Made by a program: the position numbers and the translations under genes. Under the pieces are notes generated by a model that saw only the letters and a list, made by a program, of their open reading frames with translations, was not told the origin of the DNA and searched no databases. A DNA stretch of 64,000 nt from an uncultured Acidimicrobiia bacterium (GTDB lineage: Bacteria; Actinomycetota; Acidimicrobiia; Acidimicrobiales; AC-14). Positions 41,989 to 52,935 of this stretch are shown here, one piece after another. Each line of letters opens with the position of its first letter. Position 1 is the first letter of the stretch. Location: positions 120,992 to 184,991 of the forward strand of contig CAWIIV010000020.1 in assembly GCA_963836205.1 (NCBI GenBank), written 5' to 3'.

Positions 41989-42303
41989 TCAGGACTTGGT
42001 CTTGGGCGGGACCGACGAGACCGAGGAGGCCGCGGCCTTGGCCGCCGGCATCATGGCCTCGAACAGCTTGGTGGTGAACTCCTGCTGGCTGGCCACGACC
42101 TTCTCGGTGAAGACGATGGTCGTCTCGAACATCTGGGTCGGCTTCATCGGCTCGGCCGTCACCAGCTCGGGCAGCTTGGCGTAGACGGTCTCGACCGTGT
42201 CGGCCCACGTCTTGACTCCGTCGAGCATGGCCTTCTGGCCGATCTGCAGGGCGGTGAACATCTTGTCCTGGATCGCCGTGGTGGCGTCTAGCGCGGTGGC
42301 CAT
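41989..42303 (-). CDS. Candidate phasin (PHA granule protein)
   Basis: 104-aa amphipathic helical protein (EKVVASQQEFTTKLF); AAAGGAGG RBS; lies between two phaC genes. Confidence 0.65.
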   Translation of the reverse strand: MATALDATTAIQDKMFTALQIGQKAMLDGVKTWADTVETVYAKLPELVTAEPMKPTQMFETTIVFTEKVVASQQEFTTKLFEAMMPAAKAAASSVSSVPPKTKS

Positions 42304-42704
42304 TGGGGCCTCCTTTCGTCGCTGGTGCGTACTTTACCACGCATCTGCACAGTTTCACACCCGGGCCGGGCCGCCTTGACAGGAGCGATGCAGATCGGTA
42401 GACCGGAGCAAGGCCAACCCGCGGGAAACGTTGATTCCCGGCGACAGGACACCTTTCGGCGATCTTCACACCCTCGCCACCCAGCCTTCTCATTGAGGGA
42501 ACCGGCACGTAACCGGCCTGGGCCAGGATGTGGCCAAGAGAGATTCGTGCCCCACCCGCAGACGGGAGGGGGGCCACATCCAGACCGGCTGCGGCTCCGC
42601 CGTGACCTGGCATCACGCCGGCAAATCCCGCCCAGCACGCCTGCGAACAGAACACCGCGAACTGAGCACGGACGACCGTCCGGCTCGAGCCGAGGGAGAG
42701 CACC

Positions 42705-43220
42705 ATGCCCATCCCCCCCATGCCCATCCCCCCTGTGACGGATCCCGCCACCGTGGACCCGATCGTCATCGACCTCTCCGACCTCCCCAGCCGCACCGGC
42801 GATGTCCTCGGGCACAGCTCGTGGCGGACCATCACCCAGGGCGACGTCGACACCTTCGCCCGCCTCACGGGCGACGAGCAGTGGATCCACATCGACGCCG
42901 AGCGGGCGGGCGCCGGGCCCTTCGGGGGGACGATCGTCTACGGCTATCTCACGCTGGCGCTGGCCACCCTCTTCCTCGATCAGGTCCTCACCGTGGCCGG
43001 GGCCGGGCTCGTCCTCAACTACGGGTCGAACCGGGTGCGTTACCCGTCGCCCGTGCCTGTCGGGTCGAACGTGCGGGCCGAGGTCACCCTTGCCTCGGTG
43101 GAACCGGTCCCGGGCGGGCTGCAAACCACCTTCCGCCTGGTCTTCGAGGTCGAGGGCCAGGCCAAGCCGGGCTGCGTAGCCGACATCGTCTACCGCTACT
43201 ACCAGGAGTTTCCCTCATGA
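42705..43220 (+). CDS. MaoC-family dehydratase (PhaJ-like candidate)
   Basis: FARLTGDEQWIHID...GPFGGTI..G; NYGSNRVRYPSPV. Confidence 0.9.
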   Translation: MPIPPMPIPPVTDPATVDPIVIDLSDLPSRTGDVLGHSSWRTITQGDVDTFARLTGDEQWIHIDAERAGAGPFGGTIVYGYLTLALATLFLDQVLTVAGAGLVLNYGSNRVRYPSPVPVGSNVRAEVTLASVEPVPGGLQTTFRLVFEVEGQAKPGCVADIVYRYYQEFPS

Positions 43221-44932
43221 GTGCCGACCCGGTGAGCTTCGGACTGGCCCTGGCCGAGCTGGGCGCCGAAATCGCAAAGCACCCCGAGCGGGCCCTCGAC
43301 GCCTGGGCCGGCTTCTCCGCCGACCTGGCCGCGGCCGCGTCCGAGACCGTCGACAGGGCCGTGGTCGGAAACGGCAACGGCTCGGCCGCCGACACGAAGC
43401 CGCCGAGCCTCACCCCCGCGCCCAAGGACCGGCGCTTCGCCGACCCGTCGTGGGAGCAGAACCCGTGGTTCTTCGGCCAGCGCCAGGCGTATCTGGCCTG
43501 GTCGCGGTTCATGCACAACCTGGGCGGGGCAGCCGACCTCGACGAGCGCACGGCGCAGAAGGCGGCGTTCGCCGTGGGCATGATCGTCGACGCCCTCGCC
43601 CCCACCAACTTCGCCGCGTCCAACCCGGAGGCCATCCGCCAGGCGTTCGAGACCGAGGGCGAGAGCCTGCGCCAGGGCCTCGACAACTTCCTCGACGACA
43701 TGGCGGCCAACAACGGTCGGCCCCGCCAGGTCGACGCCTCGTCGTTCGAGCTCGGGGTGAACCTGGCGGCCACGCCGGGCAAGGTCGTGTTCCGCAACGA
43801 CCTCATGGAGCTGATCCAGTACTCCCCGAGGACGGAGACGGTGCACGACGTTCCTCTCCTTCTCAGCCCCCCGTGGATCAACAAGTACTACGTCATGGAC
43901 CTGGCCCCCGGTCGCAGCTTCGCCGAGTGGGCGGTCGACCACGGCCACACCACCTTCGCCATCAGCTGGCGCAACCCCGACCCCGACCAGTCCATGCGCG
44001 CGACCACGATGGACGACTACCTGCTCAACGGCCTGGGCACCGCAGTCGACGTGGTCCGGGAGATCTGCGGCGTCCCCCAGGTGAACGTGGCCGGGCTGTG
44101 CGTCGGCGGCACCCTGGCGGTGATGCTCCTGGCCTGGCAGGCCCAAATGGAGGCGACACAGACCGAAGCCGCCTCCGCCGAGACCGGGGCCGGCCTGCCG
44201 CCCGTGAAGTCGCTCACCCTGCTCAACACCCTGGTCGACTTCTCCGAGCCGGGTGCGCTCGCCGCCTTCACCGACCTCGACACCATCGAGCGGTTGGAGA
44301 CGCGCATGGCCGAGCGGGGCTACCTGGAGGGGGCGGAGATGGCGGGCACGTTCGACGCTCTCCGGCCCAACGACCTCATCTGGAACTACGTGGCCGGCAA
44401 CTGGCTCATGGGCCGGACCCCGCCCGCCTTCGACATCCTGGCCTGGAACGCCGACGCCACCCGCATCCCGGCCGCCACCCACTCCGCCTACCTGCGCAGC
44501 TTCTACCTGGAGAACCGCCTGGCCACGGGGCAGATGACCATCGGCGGGCGGCGTCTGAGCCTCGACGACATCGAGTCCGACGTCTACATCCTGGCCGCCA
44601 GCGAGGACCACATCACGCCGTGGAAGTCGTCGTACGCCACCGTCGGGCTGCTCCCGTCCCCCATCCGCTTCGTGCTCAGCTCGGCCGGCCACATCGCCGG
44701 CATCGTCAACCCGCCCGGCCCCAAGCGGGTCCACTGGACCAACGACGATCTCCCCCTCGACCCCGATGCCTGGCGGGCGGCGGCCACCGAGCACCCGGGC
44801 ACGTGGTGGGACGACTGGATCTCCTGGCTCGACGCCCGCGCCGGCGGGCAGCGTCCCCCACCCCCGACCGGCACCACCACCCATCCCGCCCTCGCCGACG
44901 CACCCGGAACCTACGTAGGAGGACGAGCATGA
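43217..44932 (+). CDS. phaC: PHA synthase, copy 2
   Basis: DRRFADPSW, PPWINKYYVMDL, GLCVGG, EDHITPW, AGHIAG, GTWW. Confidence 0.95.
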   Translation: MSADPVSFGLALAELGAEIAKHPERALDAWAGFSADLAAAASETVDRAVVGNGNGSAADTKPPSLTPAPKDRRFADPSWEQNPWFFGQRQAYLAWSRFMHNLGGAADLDERTAQKAAFAVGMIVDALAPTNFAASNPEAIRQAFETEGESLRQGLDNFLDDMAANNGRPRQVDASSFELGVNLAATPGKVVFRNDLMELIQYSPRTETVHDVPLLLSPPWINKYYVMDLAPGRSFAEWAVDHGHTTFAISWRNPDPDQSMRATTMDDYLLNGLGTAVDVVREICGVPQVNVAGLCVGGTLAVMLLAWQAQMEATQTEAASAETGAGLPPVKSLTLLNTLVDFSEPGALAAFTDLDTIERLETRMAERGYLEGAEMAGTFDALRPNDLIWNYVAGNWLMGRTPPAFDILAWNADATRIPAATHSAYLRSFYLENRLATGQMTIGGRRLSLDDIESDVYILAASEDHITPWKSSYATVGLLPSPIRFVLSSAGHIAGIVNPPGPKRVHWTNDDLPLDPDAWRAAATEHPGTWWDDWISWLDARAGGQRPPPPTGTTTHPALADAPGTYVGGRA

Positions 44933-45828
44933 ACGAGAACGTGAACAAGCCCGCGGTGACAAAGCCGGCAGAGGTCAAAACAGTCGGCATCGCCGGATCC
45001 GGGATGATGGCCGCCGGCATCGCCGAAGTGGCGGCCAAGGCCGGGTTCGAGGTCGTCGTGCGGGGCCGGTCGCAGGCCGGCGCCGACGCCGCCCTCGCCC
45101 GGCTGGCGAGGTCCCTCACGTTCCAGGTCGACAAGGGCAAGCTGTCGGCCGATGACGCCGAGGAGGCCCAGGGCCGGGTGCGGGCCACCTCCGACCTGGA
45201 GGACCTCGAGCTGTGCGGCCTCGTGGTCGAGACGATCGTCGAGGACCTCGAGTCCAAGCAGGGGCTCTTCCGGGAGCTCGACCTGCTGTGCGTGGAGGAG
45301 ACCATCCTCGCCACCAACACGTCGACCCTGCCGGTGATCGACCTGGCCATGAGCACCCGCCGGCCCGACCGGGTCGTCGGGCTCCACTTCTTCAACCCCG
45401 CCCCCCGGATGCCGCTGGTGGAGCTTGTGCCCGCGCTCACGACCTCCGACGCCACCGTGGCCACCGCCCGCCAGTTCGCCCTCGACTGCGGCAAGGAGCC
45501 GGTGACGGTGAAGGACAACGCCGGCTTCATCGTCAACGCCCTCCTCTTCCCGTACCTCAACAGCGCGGTGCGGATGCTGGAGAGCTCGATCGCCACCCGG
45601 GACGACATCGACGCCGCCATGCGGGGCGGCTGCGGCTACCCGATGGGGCCGCTGGAGCTGCTCGACCTGGTCGGACTCGACACCAGCCTGGCCATCCTCC
45701 AGGCCCTCGACGAGGAACGCCACGAAATCGCCTGCACCCCCGCCCCCCTCCTCCGGCGGATGGTGACGGCGCAGCACCTGGGCCGCAAGGCGGGCCAGGG
45801 CTTCTACAGCTACCCGAAAGCAGGTTGA
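44929..45828 (+). CDS. 3-hydroxybutyryl/acyl-CoA dehydrogenase, copy 1
   Basis: [39 protein letters not shown]. Confidence 0.9.
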   Translation: MNENVNKPAVTKPAEVKTVGIAGSGMMAAGIAEVAAKAGFEVVVRGRSQAGADAALARLARSLTFQVDKGKLSADDAEEAQGRVRATSDLEDLELCGLVVETIVEDLESKQGLFRELDLLCVEETILATNTSTLPVIDLAMSTRRPDRVVGLHFFNPAPRMPLVELVPALTTSDATVATARQFALDCGKEPVTVKDNAGFIVNALLFPYLNSAVRMLESSIATRDDIDAAMRGGCGYPMGPLELLDLVGLDTSLAILQALDEERHEIACTPAPLLRRMVTAQHLGRKAGQGFYSYPKAG

Positions 45829-45830
45829 CC

Positions 45831-47037
45831 ATGACCCCGACTTCGAACACCCAGAAGCCGAACTCCGTGATCGTCGGGTACGCCCGCACGCCCATCGGCA
45901 AGCTGTCCGGATCGCTGTCGTCGCTGGCGGCCACCGAGCTCGGCGGGCTGGCCATCGCCGCCGCCCTCGAGCGGGCCGGCGTGCGGCCGGGACTGGTCGA
46001 GCGGGTGGTCATGGGCCACGTCCTCCAGGCCGGGCAGGGCCAGAACCCGGCCCGCCAGGCGGCGGCCAAGGGCGGCGTCCCGATGGACGTGCCCGCCGTC
46101 ACCGTCAACAGCGTGTGCCTGTCGGGCATCCACGCCATCTACCTGGCCGACCAGCTCATCCGGTCGGGCGAGGCCGACGTGGTCGTGGCCGGGGGCATGG
46201 AGTCGATGAGCCAGGCGCCCTACCTCCTGCCCGGGGCCCGGGCCGGGTTCCGGCTGGGCGACGTGACCGCGGTCGACTCGATGATCCGCGACGGGCTGTG
46301 GTGCGCCTTCGACGACGTCCACATGGGCGCCGGTACCGAGGCCTACGCCCAGGCCGCGGGGATCTCCCGGGCCCGGCAGGACGAGCTGGCGGCCATGAGC
46401 CACCAGCGGGCGTGCATCGCGGCCAAGGAGGGCCGGCTGGCGGGCGAGATCGTGCCCGTCATCGTGCGCCAGCGGCGGGAGGAACTGGTGGTCGAGGCCG
46501 ACGAGGGCATCCGCTCGGACACCACCGTCGACGGGCTGGGCCGGCTCAAGCCCGCCTTCTCGCCCACGGGCACCATCACCGCCGGCAACGCCTCCCAGAT
46601 CTCGGACGGGGCGGCGGCAGTGGTGGTCATGAGCCGGGCCCGGGCCGACGAGCTGGGACTTTCCCCCCTGGCCGAGCTGGCCGGCTTCGGCCTTGTCGCA
46701 GGTCCCGACCCGTCGTTGCTCACCCAGCCGTCACGCGCCATCAGGCAGGCCCTCGAACGCACCGGGCGTCACGTCACCGACGTCGACCGGTTCGAGATCA
46801 ACGAGGCCTTCGCGGCGGTGGCGGCGGCGTCGATCGACGACCTCGGCATCTCCGACGACGTGGTCAACGTCAACGGCGGGGCCATCGCCCTCGGCCACCC
46901 CATCGGCATGCTCGGGGGCCCGCCTGGTGATGACCCTGGTCGAGGAGCTGCGGCGGGGCGGCGGCGGCCTGGGCGCGGCGGCCCTGTGCGGCGGCGGCGG
47001 CCAGGGCGAGGCGGCCCTGGTCGTGGTACCCGGATGA
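45831..47037 (+). CDS. Acetyl-CoA acetyltransferase (thiolase); frameshift near 46911
   Basis: [38 protein letters not shown]. Confidence 0.92.
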
Positions 47038-49707
47038 GCTGGACCCACCAGCTTCCCCAGGTCGACGCCGGCCTCACCCAGGAGTGGCTCGACTCCCTCG
47101 ACGACGTGGTCGACGCCCACGGCCCGGCCGCGGCCCGCCTCCTCCTGGCCCGCCTCCTCGACCGGGCCGGCGGCCGTGAGGTGTCCACCCCGTACGTCAA
47201 CACCATCGCCGCCGTCGACCAGCCCGCCTACCCGGGCGACGTCGAGGCCGAGGCCCGCATCGAGGCGCTCGTGCGGTGGAACGCGGCGGCCATGGTGACC
47301 CGGGCCAACGTCCGGTCGGAGGGCATCGGCGGCCACCTGTCGACCCCGGCGTCGGCCACCAGCCTCTACGAGATGGGCTACAACCACTTCTTCCGGGGAC
47401 GCGACGGCGGCGAGCCCGGCGACCAGGTCTTCTTCCAGGGCCACGCCACCCCCGGCATCTACGCCCGGGCCTACCTGGAGGGGCGGCTGGGCGAGGACCA
47501 GGTCGACCGCTTCCGGCGGGAGATCGGCGGGCCCGGCTCGGGCCTGTCGAGCTACCCCCATCCCCGGCTCATGCCCGAGTTCTGGGAGTTCCCCACCGTC
47601 TCCATGGGCCTGGGTCCGATCAACGCCATCTACCAGGCCCGCTTCAACCGCTACCTCGCCGACCGGGGCATCGTCGACACCAGCCGGTCGCACGTGTGGT
47701 GCTTCATGGGCGACGGCGAGTGCGACGAGCCCGAGTCGCTCGGCGCCCTGTCGATCGCGGCCCGGGAGGGCCTCGACAACCTGATCTTCGTGGTCAACTG
47801 CAACCTGCAGCGCCTCGACGGCCCGGTGCGGGGCAACGGCAAGGTCATCCAGGAGTTGGAGTCGGTGTTCCGGGGCGCCAGCTGGAACGTGCTCAAGGTC
47901 ATCTGGGACTCGCAATGGGACGCCGTGCTGGCCGGCGACGTCGAAGGGGCCCTGGTCGAGCGGATGAACGTCACCCTCGACGGCGAGTTCCAGAAGTACG
48001 CGGTGGAGGGCGGCGCCTACGCCCGGGAGCACTTCTTCGGCGGCGACGCCCGCCTGCTGCGCATGGTCGAGGGCCTGGGCGACGACGCCCGCCTGCTCAC
48101 CCTGCCCCGCGGCGGCCACGACCGGAACAAGCTCTACGCCGCCTACGCGGCCGCGGTGGCCCACGAGGGCGCGCCCGACGGTGATCCTGGCCAAGACGGT
48201 GAAGGGCTCCGGGCTGGGCGTCGAGATCGAGTCCCGCAACGCGGCCCACCAGATGAAGAAGATCGGTAAGCCCCAGCTGGCGGCCCTGCGCGACCGGCTG
48301 GGCCTCACCGACCAGGTGCCCGACGAAGCCCTGGCCACGGGCCTGCCGCCCTACCTGCGCCTGGCCGAAGGCTCTCCCGCCGACGACTACCTCCACCGAC
48401 GGCGCCGGGCGCTCGGCGGCGCGGTCCCCCGCCGCATCGTCGCCGGCACCACCACCGGCCAGCCCGACTCGGCCGTGTTCGACGACCTCCTCACCGGTTC
48501 CGGCCACCGGACGGTGTCGACCACCATGGCCTTCGCCCGGCTCCTGCGGTCGCTCCTGCGCGACCCCACGGTCGGGCGCCGGATCGTGCCCATCATCCCC
48601 GACGAGGCCCGCACGTTCGGGCTCGACTCGCTGTTCGGCGAGGTCGGCATCTACGCCCCTGGCGGCCAACGCTACGAGCCGGTCGACGGGGGCATGCAGC
48701 TCGCCTACCGGGAGAGCGCCCAGGGCCAGATCCTGGAGGAGGGCATCTCGGAGGCGGGGGCGATGGCGTCGTTCACCGCCGCCGGCACCGCCTACGCCAC
48801 GTGGGGCGAGCCCATGATCCCGTTCTACGCCTACTACTCGATGTTCGGGTTCCAACGGGTGGGCGACGCCATGTGGGCCTTCGGCGACATGCAGGGCCGG
48901 GGCTTCCTGCTGGGCGCCACCGCGGGGCGGACCACGCTCAACGGCGAGGGCCTCCAGCACCAGGACGGCCACAGCCTGCTGCTGGCGTCCACCGTCCCCA
49001 ACCTGGCCGCCTACGATCCCGCCTTCGCCTACGAGATGGCCACCATCGTCCGCCACGGGATGACCCGCATGTTCGGCGACCGGCCGGACGACGTCTTCTA
49101 CTACCTCACCCTCTACAACGAGAACTACCCAATGCCGGCCATGCCGCCCGGGGTCGAAGAGGGGATACTCAAGGGCATGTACCGGTTCGCGGGCGCGCCC
49201 GATGGACCGTCCCGTCCAGCGGTGATCCTGTTCAGCGGCACCGCCCAGGGCGCGGCCCGGGAGGCCCAGCAGGTCCTGGCCGACGACCACGACGTGGCCG
49301 CCGAGCTGTGGAGCGTCACCTCGTACAAGGCCCTGCGGGAGGACGCCCTCGACGCGGTGCGCTGGAACCGGCTGCATCCCACCGAGTTGTCGCGGCTGCC
49401 GTACGTCTCCGAGGCCCTGGCCAGCACCCAGGGGCCGTTCGTGGCGGTCACCGACTTCATGAAGGCGGTCCCCGACCAGGTGGCCCGGTGGGTCCCGGGC
49501 AACATGATCACCCTCGGCACCGACGGCTACGGGCGGTCGGACTCCCGGGCCGCGCTCCGGCGCCACTTCGAGACCGACACCGCCCACGTGGTGGTGGCCG
49601 TCCTCGCCGCCCTGGCCGACACCGACGACGCCAAGCCGGAAGAGGTGGCCGACGCCATCGCCCGCTACGGCCTCGACGCCGGCGCGGTCGAGCCGAGGGT
49701 GGCATGA
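47034..49707 (+). CDS. aceE: Pyruvate dehydrogenase E1, homodimeric type; frameshift near 48174
   Basis: [46 protein letters not shown]. Confidence 0.92.
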
Positions 49708-50590
49708 CGGCCTCCGAGAAGGTAGGCATCGAGCGGGTGGGCGTCGTCGGCTGCGGGCTGATGGGCTCGGGCATCGCCGAGGTGTGCGTCCGGGCCGGGC
49801 TCGACGTGTTGGTCCGGGAGGTCGACGACGACGCGGTGGCCGCCGGGAAGGCCCGCATCGGCAAGTCGTTGGAACGGGCCCGGCGCAAGGGCAAGCTGTC
49901 CGACGACGAGGCCGGCGCCGCGCCTCGGCCCGGATCCGGTTCACCACCGACTTCGCCGACCTGGCCGACCGCCAGATCGTCATGGAGGCGGTGTCGGAGT
50001 CGGAGCCGCTCAAGCTGGAGGTCTTCGCCACCCTCGACAAGGTGGTGGCCGACGACGCCATCCTGGCCTCGAACACGTCGGCCATCCCCATCATGAAGCT
50101 GGCCATGGCCACCGGCCGGCCGGAGCAGGTGGTGGGCCTGCACTTCTTCAGCCCGGTGCCGGTGCTGACCCTGGTGGAGCTGGTCTCGTCGCTGCTCACG
50201 AGCGAGGAGACGGCCGCCACCACCCAGGCCTTCGCCGAGGACGTGTTGGGCAAGCGGGTCATCCGGGCCAAGGACCGGGCCGGGTTCATCGTCAACGCCC
50301 TGCTCATCCCCTACCTGATCTCGGCCATCCGCATGCTGGAGTCGGGCTTCGCCACCGTCGAGGACATCGACACCGGCATGGTCCTCGGCTGCAACCACCC
50401 CATGGGCCCCCTCGCCCTGGCCGACTTCATCGGCCTCGACACCACCATGGCCGCGGCCGAGTCGATGTACGAGGAGTTCAAGGAGCCGTTGTTCGCCCCC
50501 CCGCCCCTGCTGTCCCGCATGGTCGAGGCCGGCCTTCTCGGCCGCAAGACCGGCCGCGGCTTCTACGTCCACAACGGCCAATGGCCATGA
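49704..50590 (+). CDS. 3-hydroxybutyryl-CoA dehydrogenase, copy 2; frameshift near 49925
   Basis: GCGLMG, SNTSAI, GLHFFSP, HPMGPL, GRKTGRGFY. Confidence 0.9.
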
Positions 50591-50793
50591 GGTTTGGGGC
50601 CGTGAGCCGGGCGACGACGGTCGACGCGACCGAGGAGATCTACGACCGCCTGGCCCGGTCGGGCGAGGTGCCGCCGTACCTGGCGGACATGACCCCGGCC
50701 GCACCTATCAACCGAGGCGGCAACGTGATCCAGCCCGTGCCCGTAGGCGGCACCGACGCGGGGGGCAGGGCGGCGCCACTTCGCGAGATGTAG
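50587..50793 (+). CDS. Small hypothetical protein
   Basis: ATGA overlap with the upstream stop; moderate coding bias. Confidence 0.35.
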   Translation: MRFGAVSRATTVDATEEIYDRLARSGEVPPYLADMTPAAPINRGGNVIQPVPVGGTDAGGRAAPLREM

Positions 50794-50810
50794 CGCCAAT
50801 TTGGCGCTAC
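50790..50810. promoter_or_regulatory. Inverted-repeat operator of the vapBC pair
   Basis: GTAGCGCCAA-T-TTGGCGCTAC, 9 nt before the antitoxin ATG. Confidence 0.7.
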
Positions 50811-50819
50811 TGTGTGGCG

Positions 50820-51050
50820 ATGCCAAGCATTCAGGTCAAGGATGTGCCGGAGGACGTCCACGCGACGCTCCGGCGCCGGGCGGCGGTGGCCGGCCAGTCG
50901 CTGCAGGAGTACCTCCTCGCCCGGCTCGTCGAGGATGCACACACCCCGACGCTCGATGAACTGCTCGACCGGGCCGGCGGGCGTGCTGGCGGTCGGGTTG
51001 GGTTCAAGGCGGCCGCAGCCGCCGTCCGCGCTGACCGGGAAGGCCGTTGA
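50820..51050 (+). CDS. vapB: FitA/VapB-like ribbon-helix-helix antitoxin
   Basis: IQVKDVPEDVHATLRRRAAVAGQSLQEYL. Confidence 0.88.
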   Translation: MPSIQVKDVPEDVHATLRRRAAVAGQSLQEYLLARLVEDAHTPTLDELLDRAGGRAGGRVGFKAAAAAVRADREGR

Positions 51051-51439
51051 TCGTCGTCGACGCAAGCGTCATCGTCACCGCTCTCGGCGACGACGGACCC
51101 GATGGTGACCTGGCCCGGGCCCGGCTCCGAGGTGAACGCCTGGCGGCACCGCACCTGATCGACCTCGAAGTGGCCTCCGCGTGGCGCCGCTTGGCTGCTG
51201 CCGGCGAGCTCGACTTGCGCCGCGCCCAGCTTGCCCTCTCCGATCTGCGAGCACTTCGGGTCGACCGGGTACAACACGGAACCCTCCTCGTCCGCTGCTG
51301 GGAGCTCCGGGACAACCTCACCATCTACGACGCCGCCTACGTGGCGCTCGCCGAGCTCCTCGAGGTGCCACTCGTCACGGCCGACAGCAAGCTCCCGAAC
51401 GCTCCGGGCGCCCGGTGCACGATCGAGATCCTTCGGTAA
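51047..51439 (+). CDS. vapC: VapC PIN toxin
   Basis: IVVDAS, DLEV, YDAAYVALAE, LVTAD. Confidence 0.93.
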   Translation: MIVVDASVIVTALGDDGPDGDLARARLRGERLAAPHLIDLEVASAWRRLAAAGELDLRRAQLALSDLRALRVDRVQHGTLLVRCWELRDNLTIYDAAYVALAELLEVPLVTADSKLPNAPGARCTIEILR

Positions 51440-51720
51440 TTCGTCCCGAATCCCCTTTCCTTCCAGCACGACAGGGCGCCACCGTCAGGGCTGGATCGCC
51501 CGTCGGCTGCTGGGCGAGAGATCTCAGGCAGTAGCGTGTTCCGCGACTCGACGGGGACTCGTTCGAAGTCCCGACGAACTCGAAGGCGTGCGTGAGCCTT
51601 GCGCGCGTCTGTCCTCCAGGCCGGGGACCGGCTCGTCCGGGCCGGGGGTCGGCGACGTAGAGCACACTGTGGACGAGAACCGCCGGCTCGCCCACGTCGC
51701 CGACCGATCGGAGGCCGCCC

Positions 51721-52935
51721 ATGCCGTCGCCTAGATCGGTGGTCGCGACGTTGGTCAAGAAGGGGGCCACCAACCCGGACGGCCCGTTGCGGCAGGGGCG
51801 ATTCCAGAGTCCGCTGCGGGACGAGCGGCTGGCGGCGTGGCTGGGCGCCTCCCTCGGCGTCCTCTTCGGGATCTGCTTCCTGACCGGGCTGTTCTCCCAC
51901 CTCCACCAGCACCCGTTGTCGTGGCTGCCGATGCCGGCCCGGCCGGCGGGGCTGTTCCGGATCACCCAGGGGGTCCACGTGGCCGCCGGGATCGCCTCGG
52001 TGCCGGTGCTGCTGGCCAAGCTTTGGCTGGTCTGGCCCCGGTTCGTCGCCTTCCCCCCCTTCCGGCGGGCGAGCGACGTGGTCGAGCGGCTGGGCGTGCT
52101 GGCCCTGGTGGCGGGTGGCGTCTACATGGTCTTCAGCGGGGTGGCCAACATCGCCCAGTGGTACCCGTGGCCGTTCGCGTTCACCGCCACCCACTACTGG
52201 ATGGCCTGGGTGACGATGGGCGGGATCGTCGCCCACATCGGTGCCAAGTGGCTCATCACCCGGGAGGCGATCCGCCGCCCCCGACGCCGACCCGTCCTGG
52301 CCGAGGCCGACGCCGCCATCGAGGGCACCGTCGCCGAGGGAGACCACCCGGGCCTGTCCCGGCGGGGCTTCCTGGGGACGGTCGCCGGCACCAGCGGACT
52401 CCTCACCCTGGTGACGGTGGGCCAGACCCTTCCCGGGTTCCGCCTCCTGGGATTCCTCGCCCCCCGCGATCCGGCCGACCGCCCCGTCAACCGCAGCGCC
52501 CGCAACGCTCGGGTCGTCGAGGCGGCCACCGCGCCCGAGTTCCGCCTCTCGATCGAGGGACGGGTGGCCACACCCCTGGTCCTCACCATGGCCGACGTCA
52601 TGGCCCTGCCGACCCACGAAGCGACGCTGCCCATCGCCTGCGTGGAGGGGTGGAGCTATTCGGCCCCGTGGCGGGGGGTGCGGGTGCGCGATCTGCTCGA
52701 CCGGGCGGGGGCCGACCCGGACGCCACCGTGCGGGTCGAGTCGCTCGAGGAGAACAGTCCCTACCGGGTCTCGCCGCTCAACCGAGCCCAGGCCCGCGAC
52801 CGCGACACCCTTCTGGCCACCCACCTCGACGGCGAGCCGCTGTCGCTCGACCACGGCTTCCCGCTGCGGCTGATCGGTCCGGGCCGGCCCGGCGTGCAGC
52901 AGACCAAGTGGGTCACCCGGCTGGTGGTCGAGTGA
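51721..52935 (+). CDS. Polytopic molybdopterin oxidoreductase (sulfite oxidase family)
   Basis: TM region, internal SRRGFL, IACVEGWS, LDHGFPLRL, TKWV. Confidence 0.88.
   Translation: MPSPRSVVATLVKKGATNPDGPLRQGRFQSPLRDERLAAWLGASLGVLFGICFLTGLFSHLHQHPLSWLPMPARPAGLFRITQGVHVAAGIASVPVLLAKLWLVWPRFVAFPPFRRASDVVERLGVLALVAGGVYMVFSGVANIAQWYPWPFAFTATHYWMAWVTMGGIVAHIGAKWLITREAIRRPRRRPVLAEADAAIEGTVAEGDHPGLSRRGFLGTVAGTSGLLTLVTVGQTLPGFRLLGFLAPRDPADRPVNRSARNARVVEAATAPEFRLSIEGRVATPLVLTMADVMALPTHEATLPIACVEGWSYSAPWRGVRVRDLLDRAGADPDATVRVESLEENSPYRVSPLNRAQARDRDTLLATHLDGEPLSLDHGFPLRLIGPGRPGVQQTKWVTRLVVE

Noticed and set aside
45213-48269. Apparent thiolase-AceE fusion
   Set aside because: Created by the indel near 46911; the true thiolase end and the aceE ATG overlap at 47034-47037
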